Positions 1 through 56,760 of a DNA stretch of 64,000 nucleotides are shown here, piece after piece. Under the pieces are notes generated by a model. The model did not search any database, had not been told where the DNA came from, and worked only from the letters and a program-made list of their open reading frames with translations. The stretch spans positions 92,692,001-92,756,000 of the forward strand of contig CM052816.1 in the NCBI GenBank assembly GCA_028534125.1. Direction: 5' to 3'. The stretch comes from Lama glama (Eukaryota). A program made the translations under genes and the position numbers. Numbering within the stretch: position 1 is the stretch's first letter; the number at the start of each line of letters is the position of its first letter.

Positions 1-1029
1 AAACATGTCTTACTTGCTGTCAGTGACATTTCTACCCCCAGTGGTACAATTTCATTACTAGGTTGAAAGAGTTACTATTCCATTTATCTGGTTTAAAATT
101 TTACTTTTTCTTTCCAACCACACTTTGTGACAATTTTCAGCGTCTTTTTCATGCCTATGTGTTTTCCGGTCTTCTGTTGTGGGCTCCTTACCACACACAT
201 TCAGTTCAGGACTGCAATTCATGAAAAATCTCAATTTCCATGACTCACATTAACTCGTGTGACAGTCTCATCAAAGATAGTTCTTTTTTTTCCCCAACTC
301 TCTTGTCACCTTAAAAAATTAAAGGTGGGGACTAAACAGCATGACAGTAAAATGGCCTTAACTGGAGCGTGGACCATGGATTCCACAATGAAATGCCTCC
401 TCCATGACCACCCATCTCCCCCTGAAAGGGCTGCAGGGAACTCCAATGACCCAGACGCACAGACAGCAGAATCAAACCAGAGTCCCTTTGCCTGAACTCT
501 CTCCAGAATGGCTGAAAATGAGTAAGTTGCTGTGTTTCATCTAAAAGAATGAAATACTCATCTCTGATCAAAGGCATGTGAACCTTCAACAATGTCCAAA
601 GAACAGAATTTCACTTTTTTCTGGAGAAACCATGTTATATTGATTTGATTTGCCTGAGCCCAGTTAAGGGCAGTAAGCGAAGCAGACCACGGCCGGGGAC
701 GTCTCCCTGTTGCTCTGGCGTCTCCTCCCTGGTGCCCTGTGATGAGGCACGTCTACATTACAAGAACAGATAGTTCTTGAGAGACAAGAGCAGACACCTG
801 GTTTGAAGGACCGGCCCCTAGAGGAGCCCTGGGGCAGGTTCTGCCAGAGGAACAGGGGCTCTTTACGACTGGCTCGGTGGAGGATGTCTTCCTCCCTGCA
901 CAGGATTCTGCTTTGAGAACCTAAGATCGATTGCAGGTGGGTGTCTGGTCAATTCTCTGAGAGCACTTCCAAGGAGACGGGGATGTGGTCGAACAAAAGC
1001 CACCTCCCCCTGAAGAACCTTCTACAGCC

Positions 1030-1480
1030 CAGGACAGCGCGGGCGCTCAGAGACCTCACAAGGGGGGCTTGCGGTTTTCTGGAGGCTTCACACAGAGCAG
1101 ACCACAGAGTGGTTCCTCGGTTAAAGGGGATTAGAAAGTACAGCTCTGCTGGCGGCCGTGGTTACGAGAGCAAGGCGACCACTGGCAGCTGGAACAGATC
1201 CCCGGCGACACGCGTTACCCCGGCTGCTCACCCGCCCAGGCTTCTCCCGGGGCAGCTTCGCGGAGGCCGGGGGCTTGCGCCTCTCAGCAGCCGACCTAAC
1301 ACCTAAGGCCGTGACCACCAGGCCCCCTGCTCACCCCAACTCCGAGGCCAAGTTCACGGGAGAAGTCGTCACCAGAACCTGCTGCGCGGTTTCCGAGAGG
1401 ACCAGTGGGGAGGCTGTCACACATCGGGGGTGGGAAAGGAATCCGCGAGAACCGAAAACGCTTCAGATGGCAACAATTCT
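1030..1480. promoter_or_regulatory. Intragenic CpG-rich patch (possible CpG island/enhancer)
   Basis: Visibly high GC and CpG density (cccggcgacacgcgttaccccggc...ttcgcggaggccgg) in non-exonic DNA. Confidence 0.4.
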
Positions 1481-3118
1481 GTTTCTTACCACCCTCCCTC
1501 AAGAAAAAGAAAAAAGAAAATAGGAAAATAAATAAATAAAAAGAAGTCTGCGACAACGTGAGAAAAAGCTCTTTCAAAAGCAGCAGGTTACCATATCCAA
1601 CATTTTATCCAGGAAAGAAAGACTGAGCACAATGTTCAGGGAGGTCAATCCTCACTCTTCTCTAATGTGGTCACATCCTGATTTTGACATGGAAATAACT
1701 CTTGGAAGCCTTCTTGCCTGTGCTACATACGAGGTGCAATGGAAAGTTAGATGTCAAGACGCTAAATTTAAAAGATGTAATTAAAAAGGCAAGCTTTCAG
1801 TGTCAGGCAAATCCAACAGAGGACAGCAGCCGGGTATCGGGCCTCCGGGCTTCCAGAAGCTGACCCGGACTGACGCGGCAATCTCCTCACTCTGAACACA
1901 TCAGAACGAGGTGTCAGACCTGGCGACCCAGCGCCGGGGGGTGAGCCGTGTGTGGATGACACACTTCGCTGGCTGACAGGCAGGAAAGGGAAGGGGAGCC
2001 GGGAAGCAGACACCTGACCCCCTGAACTACCTGTAATCACAGGTCCTGGAAAGCACGGCACCTCTGAGGACAATGCAACCCAAAGGAGTCTGTCTGCTGC
2101 ATTTCCTGAGTGGGCAAGACAGTCTTTTCTCAGGAAAAGTTCATTTGAAATGCCTCTTTTTGTCTTCTAAAGACCAAGGTGTGACAGGCAGCCAGCCGCC
2201 TGGGCCCCTCACCTGAAGGAAAAACAGCTCCAATAAACCACCTGCCTTGAGTCTGAATCAAAACTCTTATCGTCATCAATAGTAACTTTGGTCAGTTTTG
2301 TAAGATTTATACTGAAAAGCACTTCTCGATGTGCCACTATTTTAAGAAACACTTCTGTTACTTTTCTACCTAAACTCTGTATTTTTGAGAAATCTGCCTT
2401 TTCTTAGAACTGAGGTTCTCTACTCTAGTGCGGGGGATTTTGTTTCTCTGGCTGAGTAACTAGAGTGAGAAAAGCCTGCATTCATTCTGTGGCTTCACAG
2501 GATCTCCCAGAACACTTGTTAAAAGTAACAAAAAGCCGCAGTCACTTAGAAAGACAGGGAACCAGTGGCAGGTGTCACCCTCACCAGGCTGCAGGCGGGG
2601 AGGGCTGTCCCCGCTTGTAGCTGGGCGGCAGCTCCTGTGCGGGCTGCACGGGGACGATGTTCTCGTATCAGTGAGTCAATGACCCAATCTTGTGAAGAGC
2701 TCAGTCATCCACACGCACGTGGCCACAGCGCAACCAGGGTGGTAGGAGTAAAGATGGCAGGAGTAAAGCAGGCTTCAAGCAGGAGCCTCCCCCTTCTTCA
2801 GTGGCTGCCCATTCAGCAGTGGTCAGTGGTTTGCTGCGGGGCCACCAAGCCGTGCGAGTCCAGGCACTAACTCAGAGCATCATTCTGCCCTGAGCCCCGC
2901 CCCCAGAGCCTGACACACACAACCGCCGCTGAACCCGCTGCAGCCAAGCGTGCTCAGGAAGAAGCCGATGCAGACAGTGACTTGTGACGGCAAGTAACGA
3001 ACATCAATCGCCCAGCAGTGACAGAGAAGGAAGTAATTTTAAAATGAAGCTAGTATCTATCCAGTGCCCAGTACACGCGAGGCACTGTTCTAAATGCACA
3101 TTTTTTTCTAGATGCCAC

Positions 3119-3249
3119 TTTTTTTGTTTTTCTGTTTTTGTGGGTTTTTTGGGGGGTGATTATTTATTTTTCAATGGAGGTACTGGGGATTGAACCTAGG
3201 ACTTTGTGCACGCTAAGCACGCACTCTACCACTGAGCTGTACCTCCCCC
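3119..3249 (-). mobile_element. tRNA-Ala-derived SINE (vic-1-type) inserted into a MIR
   Basis: Reverse complement GGGGGAGGTACAGCTCAGTGGTAGAGTGCGTGCTTAGCGTGCACAAAGTCCTAGGTTCAATCCCCAGTACCTCC with A/B boxes and an A-rich tail. Confidence 0.85.
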
Positions 3250-3254
3250 ACAAA

Positions 3255-3370
3255 CACACACTTTTAGTGCCCACAGCCCTAGCAGGGAGGAGCAGTACCA
3301 TCCCCATTTACAGATGAGGAAACCGAGGCACAGGGATGTGTGCACAGAAGCAGCGCTCACAGGCCTGGCT
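3255..3370 (-). mobile_element. MIR SINE fragment (other part at approx. 3050-3100)
   Basis: CCCCATTTACAGATGAGGAAACCGAGGCACAG is the reverse complement of the MIR core. Confidence 0.75.
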
Positions 3371-6300
3371 GGGGAGTGCCTCCCTGTTCTTAACCACCTG
3401 CTGTTGGACAGTGAAATCTGCATAACTACCTGCTGCACTATGGGCGGTCAGGACTCTAACCGCTGTCCCGAGTGCTCTGTCTGAGGGGATGAGAATCATG
3501 TGCTGTCCTCACTCAGAAAGGCTTCTGACTCGATTTCATGTCCCCAAGGGCAAACTCCGAGGCCCTGGGAGGCTTGGAGAGCTCCGCCCGGCCAGCCAGC
3601 TGAGTGGTCCCTCTGAGCCGAGCTCCCTCCTGCTTCTGGCACCTTCGGGAGGAGGGGAGAGTGGGGTCCCAAGCACGTGGCCAGCCTCACCCTCAGTCCT
3701 GGCCAGGCCAGCTGGTACTGCCCAGCGCCAGGTATGCAGAAACAGGGCTGAACACAAGCACAGGGCTCTTCCTGAGCAGTCTGAATGCAGCTTCCCTGTC
3801 TCAAAAACGTGAATCCAGCCACACTTTACAGCGTCCTGGCATTAGTTACTTTATATACTTCCTCAATGCGGCAATTTACGTAAGCCCATCCCAGGTTCCG
3901 TGGTGCAGACTGTCAGTTCACAGAGAAAGCTGACTGCCTTTTCAACTCCATAAAATTTCATATCCCCAGCACAGTGCTATATATACTTCATGAAAGGTGA
4001 GTGAAACCGTTAACTTTTTTAAGTGTGTGGATTCATATATTCATACAACACGCTTAGGGCAGTTCATGCCAAGTATGGGTCTCAACTGAATTTCTCATTC
4101 ATAAAAACAAGAACTGCATGACTTTAGATCTAACACAGGCTCACACCTGCTCCCCAGCTTGGGTCACTTCCCCACAGGCTGCCTCGTCTTGCCTTGGTGA
4201 TCCTTTTCATCCTGCCCTTAAGATGCTTTGTTCTATAGCAGCCTATATTTCAGTCCCATATTATTTTCCTTATAATATAAAATTTTGTTATATGAAGCAA
4301 ACCACAGACTAATTATGCAGAGGGAAGGAAAAATATGAAAAATGCTTCTTTAATATGCTAGAAATATTCAGCTCCTATTCAGCTCTAGTGTGAAATAACA
4401 GGGTCTAGACCTCCCCAGGTAATTAAATCCACATTGTGTTTCTGGCTTCAGCTCCCTGCTGCTGGGTGGCCCTGGGAGGGTCCTCCAGCCTCCCTCATCT
4501 CCTCAGTGTCCTGAAGGCTTCTCCTCCCTACCTCAGGGAGACAGGCTCAGGACAAATGAGATAAGAATCTGGCAAGCATTTGATTTCTTTGGAACCTAAA
4601 TTGTATTTTCACAAGATTGCTTTATCAGCATAAGTACCGTTAATACGGGCAAGAATCAGTGCTAAACGTACATATTTGGAACAAAGAGATGGCGTATTTT
4701 AAAACAAATGTTTTCAAGGAAGGAAATGTGTTTGTGGGGGCCTGTGGCTTGTATTCTGTGACCAGCCTTCTCCAGCTCTGCTAAAGAGGGTTTCTCTAGG
4801 AGCCCCTCCTCAACAGACTCTTCCAGAACATTCTGAGCCTCATCTGAGAGTTACTACAGCACCGGGCAGTAAGTTTTTCTCAAGAATTTTCCAAGAGGCC
4901 TCAAAAACATCTCCCCACCCAGTTCTGAAATGGAACCAAACTCCATGATAACAACTAACTCATAACAGACACCATAAATTAAGTCAAATAAGCAGAACAT
5001 GGCTAAGTCATTTCCCTCGACAGATCTCCTGTATCATCAGAGGCTGTTTAAACTTGAAATACGTAGGGTGGAAAGAACCTTGAGACGTGTGAAAAGTTAC
5101 TGCCATTAGAGATACGGGGGTTTTCTGGTTAAGCCTGGTTCAGAGAAACAGTGTGTTTTACAAACTGACTCAGAAAACGATACCGTTTCCTAAATGTATT
5201 CTCCCAGATCATTCACTGACCCTGAAATGTTCTACCAGAAAAGTACAGAAAAGGAGCTGGCTACAAGAAAACCTTCCAAAAGAAGAGAGCACACGTGCAG
5301 GCACACATGTGGGCGCAGCAGGGGCGCCTCCTGTGTAAGGCATCGCAGGTGTGCTCTCTTCGAACGCCCTGCTCTGACTTACCCTGTGTTGCCTCACACC
5401 CCGTTTATTCTCCTCCCAAACGCAGAGCCCAGGATCAAAAGAAGAGAACCTGTTGTGGCAGTTCTACAGTCTTAGGAAGACATGTGACCCCTTTTGTGTA
5501 CTTCTGAGCCCAGGAAGGACCCCTGGTCTCAATGAGGGGTACCAACGACATGCCACGCCTACCTAAGGAAACTGAGTTTTGGAGCGCAGCTCCCCAGGAC
5601 GGTTGAGAGTCATGAGAACGTTAAGCTGAGAGCGGCCGACCTGTGACAAGCATGGGTGGAGGAGTGACGTGCAGAAGGGGCTCCTGAGGCATTTCTGGGC
5701 CATGGGACAAAGTTCAGAGATGACGTGTTAGGTGAGGTAAACAGAAACTGGTAAGTAATCGTCACAGACAAAAAACTTTATAGGCGGTTCTTTAAAAATT
5801 CTCATACCCCAGTAGAATGATTACTTTCTACAAACCTGCACTTCTGTTAGTGACTCACTCTCTCTCTCTCACTGGGTGCCAAAATCTGCTGTCCTCATAG
5901 CGACAGTCCCAGGATGGTGCCATATTTTCCCACAGCAGCTGTGCAGCCTCCGCTCCGAGAGCACAGAACCTGTCCTGCTGTAACTGATCCGAAGTCAACT
6001 AGTTAATGCACCCTGACCCCGGGACAGGGTCTTCTTTCTGTGGCGAACCTCCTGTGACTGGAGGCAGCCGCACGGTGGGGACCAGGGTGCCCCGGAACTA
6101 GCACACGGCCTCTCCACGTGGCAGACGCCTGGCGCTGGTGGCTCCCTCCAGGGTGGGGAGCTGGAGAGTCAGGAGCCCCTTCCCAGACACGGGGCACTTC
6201 TGGACACCCACCACCACCCATTTACACGCAAACCACCTGAGAAACCAAGTTATTCTTTCTTCTTGGATCCACCTCCAGAAAAGTCTCAATGTACCTTCCA

Positions 6301-8017
6301 AAGGCAGAACTTTTTACATTTATTTTTCTCCATGAATTTCATTCAAATACCTTCCTTTTTAAAATAAACTTCTCAACTTATTTCTTGGGTGAACCCAGAC
6401 CAGACCCATGAGGGGATACCCAGTGAGACTGAGCCTGGGCTCGATGGGCCTCCACTGGGACTGCGGGCTCACCCACGGGGAGGCCGGGAAACGGCCCGGA
6501 TGGAGTGGCCCATCCCCAGCCCCCTCAGTCATGAGCCAGAATTTTTCCTCACTTTTCTTCAGGTGGAAGTCTCACGTAACTGTTTAGATGACTCAGTCAC
6601 CTCAATTATTATTTTTTTTAAAAGAAAATAATGAGGATTACTCTGATGAAATACTTCCAAGTTCCAATTTTATTTTCTTAACTAAATGACTGTGGGTGGG
6701 TCCGCAGGGAGAGATGCTATTAGATGCCAGATGCCTGAACGTCTCAATTTATCTTCTTCCTCATTATTACTACAGGCAGGAAATATTTGCTGAATGCTAA
6801 TACACTGAGCTCTGAACAAAATCAAGTGAGCCATTATTTCTATTCTCTAGTCCTATTACTCTAAGCATTCCAAGTTCTAGGACTTATGACATAGTGACCT
6901 CAAAAAGTAGGTTGGGAAAGAGCTGATCACTCAAATCAGGAGGATTCTGAAAATAAAATCATTGTAGGAAAACAAAAATTTTAAACCAACTTATTTCTGT
7001 TCTGGAAACAACCTTCAATACCATGAATTCTGCAAAAACGAGTGAGAAGAGCCCAAAGCCTGGGACTCTAGACTGGCCATCTGGAGCATCCCCCACACTG
7101 GACTCTCCCCTCCGTCAGTAACTGCTTCCACATGATGTGGTCAGATAGTGAGCGGGCTGTGGGGACTGTGCATGGGGCAGGCGCCCACATCTCGTGGGGG
7201 CGACCGAGGCCTCGTGTAGGAAAGCACAGCTCATATCAGACAGCAAGAAACCTGGCAGTTCTGAACCGAGGGCAAGTACACTGAAACCCCTACATGTTGT
7301 CAAATAATTTAAGAACTTGGACTCGAACAGGTGCGCATCTCAGTAGGAACAGAGGGCCCCTGCTGACAGCAATGTCCCCAATGGCTTTTACAGGGGACTC
7401 TGGGCATCTCTGCATCACATAAGCCCAGGATTCCAACTGCTCCTGTCAGTTTATCTTATATGTTTTTTGGTTCTACCAAGACAGAATCACAGGACAGTCC
7501 AGGCCACCGCTGTAGAAGGCATCCCTGCAGACTTCTGTGCTGCAGGTCACGTGCTCCCTCCCAGTGGTCAGCAGGGGGCAGGCCCAGGCCAGGGGCGCTG
7601 CCTGTGCTCTGAAAGGGTGCCTCATGTCCAACCAGCATGCCAGTGCCCCTGCTTCAATCAGAGCAGCCCCGCTTCCAGGCACCAGAGCTGTGTGTAAGAT
7701 CTAATTTAAAATAATGGGTTCTCCTGCTTAACATAAAACACAACAGCAGCCTTGGAACACCCTGTTGGAAAACCGTGCAACAGCACCGAGACGGGCAGGT
7801 GATTTTTCTGAACCCATGAAGACACGTCAACATCTTCTAGCCCTGACACTCCAAATCTTTGCTCCTGGTACCATGTCCTGGCGCCTCTCTTAACCCGTGG
7901 CTGCTGTCTGAAATGTTGATGACAAACTGACATTTAGGGATAGAAAGGGGCAATTTCATCTCAGACCAGAGACTGGCTACATTCACCTCTCCAAAGAAAG
8001 GGCTGGTTCCAGCTTAC

Positions 8018-51647
<43,630 letters not shown>

Positions 51648-52599
51648 CTGCAGGGGGAGAGCCGTGAGCCGGGTCCTGCTCCGTGTCCCGGGATGGGGGG
51701 GTGGGGGACCCGGGCCGGGTAGAGGCACCCACACAGCCTGCCAGCCAGCGGAACACACACGCAGACGGAGCAGGACACGGGGTGAAAAAACAAACGAGCC
51801 GAGAGCCCAAGGTGACTGTCACAAAGGAGAGAAAGGAGAGGGAAGGGAAGTGACTCTTCCCAGTCCTTCCTAGACTCAGCCCGAGCGCAACAGGAAGGAG
51901 AAAAGAACCCTCCAACAACTGGAACATCTGCTAAACGTAACAGACTTTCTTCTACGCATCTTTGGATTCTTATTCAGCAGATGGATAGTTTTATTTTTAG
52001 CAAGGGCATTACAATCCATTATTAATTATTAAACCACTGCACAGAGAGAGGGGCTTTACATCCCTCAGGAAAGAAGGAAGCACGTAACGTGGTGGAACAG
52101 ATCTATCCCTGCGCCCAGCACGCAGTCCAGACATGGCTCTGCCAGGTCCCCTCCCAGCCTGGCCACAGCTCAGTCCTGCAATGAGAAGCGTGCTTCCCGA
52201 AGACACCTGAGCACCTTCACGGCCATGACCATCAGCAATGTGTCCGGGGACGTGGGCGGGTAAGGACAACTTGGAACAAGAGCTGCTTTCAGCCTGGTGG
52301 AAACAGAGCACCTCGCTTGCCGCCGGGAAGCCCATGCCTCCTCCAGATCTCTGGGGAGCCATGTAGTGAAAAGGACAATTAATTAGACTGAGTGGGCCCT
52401 GGTGGCTTGGAAGTGGTTGGTGTCTGGAGAAAATGCTTCCCACTTCCTCAGGGATGGAAGAATCACCTCCTGTATCTCACGTGTCCATTGCAGACAGCTG
52501 CCCCAGCTGCGGGGGTGGGGAAGGCACCGGCCCCAGCCCGGCCCGGCCACGCTGGCATCGTGGCTAGCACGGCACAGCCGCTGTACTGAGGCATGACTG

Positions 52600-53335
52600 A
52601 CACACAATGAACTGCAGAAATGGAAAGTACACAACTCAGTAGATTTTGACACATGTGTAAACCTATGAAAGATCAAGGCTACCAGGACCGTGAATAGCTC
52701 CGCCATCCCCAAAGTCTTCTGGTGCCCTCGGTAACCCTCCCCACCTCCTGTCCTGTCCGACCTGCTTCCTGCCACTGTAGATTGGCTTGCATTTTCTTAA
52801 AGAAGTATAAACATGGAATCATACAGTATGTGCTCTATTGTCTAGCTTCTTTCTTCCAGCATAATTATTTTGAGATTTCATCCATATGACAGTGTGGATC
52901 CAGTTCTTCCCTTTTCATTACTGAGCAGTTCTGCATTCTGTGTTGAAGCCACAACGTACCCACTCAGACATCGAGGAGATGTGGGCTGTTTCCAGTCTGG
53001 GGCCATCACAAACACAGCAGCTGTGAGCGCTGGCACACAGTCCTCGTGTGCACCGGTTCCTTCCGTTCTTGTAGGTAGAGACCTCGGTGCGGAGTGGTTG
53101 GATCATGTGGCAGGTGTATGTTTTAACTTTTTAACAAACTGCCAAACTGTTTTCCAAAGTGGCTGTACCATTTCACGTCCCTCCCCGCCCCCACAGCATG
53201 TGAGAGTTCCAGTCCCTCCACGTCCCCACCCATCCCCTATAAGGTCGGTCTTTTCAACTGCAGCCATTCGAAATGAGTGGTATCTCACCATGGTTTTAAG
53301 TAGCAATTCCCTAAGGACTAATGATGGCAAACACA
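52600..53335 (-). mobile_element. Old LINE-1 (L1M) ORF2 C-terminus/3' UTR fragment
   Basis: Minus-frame MVRYH...MVQPLWKTVWQFVKKL resembles L1 ORF2 C-terminus; catggaatcatacagtatgtg motif. Confidence 0.8.
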
Positions 53336-55624
53336 AGCTAACCTTCTAAAAGTTCTTTCATTGTTAAATGTACATTTAGTTGAAAACAGTCTCACCAGAT
53401 GGCTCTTATCAGGTCAGTAACTATTCTCAACAGGGCAGGCAAATTTAAAAAATAAGCAGAGGGCTGGCAAAGAACTTACTTTTGGTCGAGTTACTTGTGG
53501 TCCGAAGAGTTAATTTCACTAAAAATGTTAAAATGTTTGTCAATCCGTGTTATGTTTTTACCCATTTTTGTAAGACGTCAAATTTCATACAATCCAAGAA
53601 TTTTAATTAAAGACATTTTAGACAGAGGTCTCGTTGCTCTTACAGATTAGGGAAAAGAGGCCCCAGGTGACGAAGGTGATGCCCTGTGCAACACGGGCAA
53701 ACCTGCGCGTGAGGTCAGGCTGGTATCAGGAAGCCTCCCGACCCCCTCACACTCACACTGACTCTGCAGTTCAACTTGAAAAATGCCGCTCATCGACCTG
53801 CCAAACGCGGACTGACGCTCTGCGCCACCTAGAAGGGGTCCAAGTCAATAACATACTCTTGTCTTGCGTTTTGTTTTGTTTTTGCTTTCCCTAAGTTCTC
53901 ATGAACACGGTTGCTGCAGTTATAAATAACAGGAAGTATGACAGCGTTACGACCATGAGGAATCTCCCAATTTGCTCTAATATTTCCCACGAAAACCCCT
54001 CCAACCTCTGTAAGTCCTACTGTATAGTAGTAACAGTATTACGGATTTAAGAGACGCTTTGATGAAGCAGTGACCTAAGAGATCTCTGAATTTCTCTAGG
54101 ACTCTGTTACAACGGGGATCCTCAGACTACCAACCCCGCCCTCAGGAAGTTATCAGGGGGCCAGAAGACAGAGGGTGCAGCAGGGCACTAGGTGAGCTCA
54201 ATGCTCCACACAAATTCAATTACCTTCAGTCCACTAACCTCCTCAAATCAACTGAAGAGGCAAGTTTTGCTGTAAGAAATCAAGTATGTACCAGTTAGGC
54301 TGCACTGAGCAGTAACAAATATTTTACCAAAACAAGAGTACGGTATTTTTATCAAGTCAAAATATTTAACAAAAACATCCATGATATGGTGTCCAGTAGG
54401 TGGGCTTTTCTGGCTGAAACAGTTACACTCACTTCATGGTCACCTGCCTTCCACATGCAAGGGGCTGGGTAGAGGCAGGTGACTTGCCACCTGCTCCCAA
54501 AAGAGAACACCAACCTTCAGTAGCACTGGGCCACTGTGGCCCTCCCACCCCGACTCCTGTCCAAAGACAGACATTTATCAAAAAGTGGACCTTTGCCACT
54601 GCATTTCTTCTGCCGGAAAAGAAAATGAAAAAACATTCTCTCAAAATCTCAACTCCATCTTCACACACATGCTTCCCCGAGGCTGAGCCCCCTCATCCCT
54701 GAGCCACGGAACCTCCGGGACACACCTGCCTGGGAGTCAGCGAGGAGCTAATTCATTCATGGGTGAAAACTTAATTTAAGGAATGCGGAAAGGGACGCTG
54801 AATGTTAAACTGCTGCGTCTTAGAAAACATGCTGCCTCGGTATTTTACACTCATTCAGTGGTGCCGAATAATGTAAGGAAATGTACATCCAAGGAAGACT
54901 GCTTTCTCTTCACTGTAATCTAAACAGAAGTACTGATGGGAAGAAAGATAAAGGAGCCAATTCCACCTCAAACACTGAATCGGTGTCACTGAAGGAGGTG
55001 TCTGGCACACTGGACGGCAAGCTAGCCTCTGGGGACACTGAGAAACTGGGCCACTGAGTGCTGGAGCCAATGGTGGCCTCTAGTTTTAGTTACACTACAC
55101 TTTCAAGAGATAAGTTCTCACAAAGCCAGCACAAACTAGTTAGTATCTTTTCTTTGAAATTTGTTGAGAAAACAAAACACACGTTTAAAAAAATCCCACT
55201 AGAAAAACACTGCAATTCCAACAAAACGTGACAACACTGACGATGGCAGCCTGATGCAGAGTCGGCACGTCCTGGATGGGACACACCTAGTACACGGGGG
55301 TAGACCCCGCTCCCGCCTCTGCTCCGCCGCTGGGCCTCCAGAAGCCTGGGCCTGGCGTCCCTCCTGCCCTGGGGCCCGGACGCCACCTGAGCCGCAGGGT
55401 GTCTGCCTCCCACCTGGGGTGTCAGCTAGCCGCCTCCTCTCTGACTCAATAGTGAGGCCTTAGCTCAGTGACCTGGCTTGTGGGACAGGATGGGACAAGG
55501 CACAGAATTCCTCTGTTCCAGCAAATACTACCCCCAAATACCACTGAAATCATGAAACCGTTTTCACAAGGCTCACTTCTATACACTAAGAGGAAGGGAG
55601 CGGAGGGAGCGAAACTGATTCTTT

Positions 55625-56500
55625 GGTAGGACAGAGAAAGACAAATGCCATCTGATTTCACTTATATGTGAAAAAAAAAACCAACAACGAATAAACAAAC
55701 AAAAAAACAAAATAGAAGAAGCAGCCAAACCAAACAGGAACATGCAGATTCAGGGAATAGAGCAGCAGTTATACGGCAGGGGCTAGGGGCTAGGGGCTGG
55801 GAGGGAGAAAAGGGTAAAGGGGGTCAGCCATGCAGTGATGGATGGAAATTACATCTGCGTAGGGGACACAGAAAGGAGAAATACGACGTTGTACACATGA
55901 CACTCATATAATGTTATAAATCAATGTTACCTCAGTAAAAACAAAAACAACAAAACCTGACTCTTGGAAGTGGCCCGAGGCACAGGGGACAGGTGTGCTT
56001 TTTACCTATCTTTATGGCAATAGCAGATGCTCCCTGACTATGTGCACCACGCTGTGCATTACAGCCCAGGACTTACCCATTTTATAATTGGACGTTTGGA
56101 CCGTTAGACCCCCTTTACCCCCACCCCCAAGCCCCACCCTGGCAACCACCAACCTGTTCTCCTTATCCATGAGTTCGGATTTTTGTTTGTTTCGTTTTTT
56201 CAGATTCCACATTTAAGCGAGGGTATTCAGTATTTGTCTTTGTCTGACATTTATTTCACTTAGCATAATGCCCTCCAGGTCCAGCCACGTTGTCATATTT
56301 CATATGTGAAAGTTGCTAAGAGAGTAGATGTTCAAAGCTGCATCACAACCAAAAAATTTGTAACTACATGTGGGGCGATGAGTGTTCACTAGACTTACTG
56401 TGGTGATCGTTTCACCATATATACAGATATTGAATCATTATGCAATATACCTGAAACCAACATAATGTGTCAATTACACCTCAACAAAAAATATCTCGAT
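55625..56500. mobile_element. Cluster of LINE-1 3' UTR fragments in both orientations (+ approx. 55625-55950; - approx. 56030-56295; + approx. 56300-56500)
   Basis: gacagagaaagacaaatgccatctgatttcacttatatgtg; cagattccacatttaagcga; aaagttgctaagagagtagat...cctgaaacc. Confidence 0.75.
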
Positions 56501-56544
56501 AAATAATTAAAACAAAATACTTTTCATAAGAGGTAATATGGGAC

Positions 56545-56760
56545 AATGATTATGAGCATGGGTTCTGAAGCCAGACTGCTTGAGTTCAAATCCTGACTTA
56601 ACATTTCCTAAGGTGTGATTCTGGGCAACTTATTTACTGGGGTCCATGTCTCAGTGTTCTCATCTATAAAATGGGTATAATAATGCCTACCGTAGAGAGC
56701 TGCTGAGAAGACTAAACAAGACGATACACACAGAGTAAAGAAATAAGTAAACATTAGCCA
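56545..56760 (+). mobile_element. MIR SINE
   Basis: gagcatgggttctgaagccagactgcttgagttcaaatcctg...tctcagtgttctcatctataaaatggg. Confidence 0.8.

Noticed and set aside
6003..6221. ORF containing VLVPGHPGP as a Kalirin-7-like terminal exon
   Set aside because: Similarity is only a few residues, with no convincing acceptor in the right phase and no PDZ-type ending.
54429..54668. Minus-strand ORF ending near ATGAA|gtgagt as an internal first exon
   Set aside because: The donor phase (2) does not match the phase-0 acceptor at 51647, and the ORF lacks a real ATG start.
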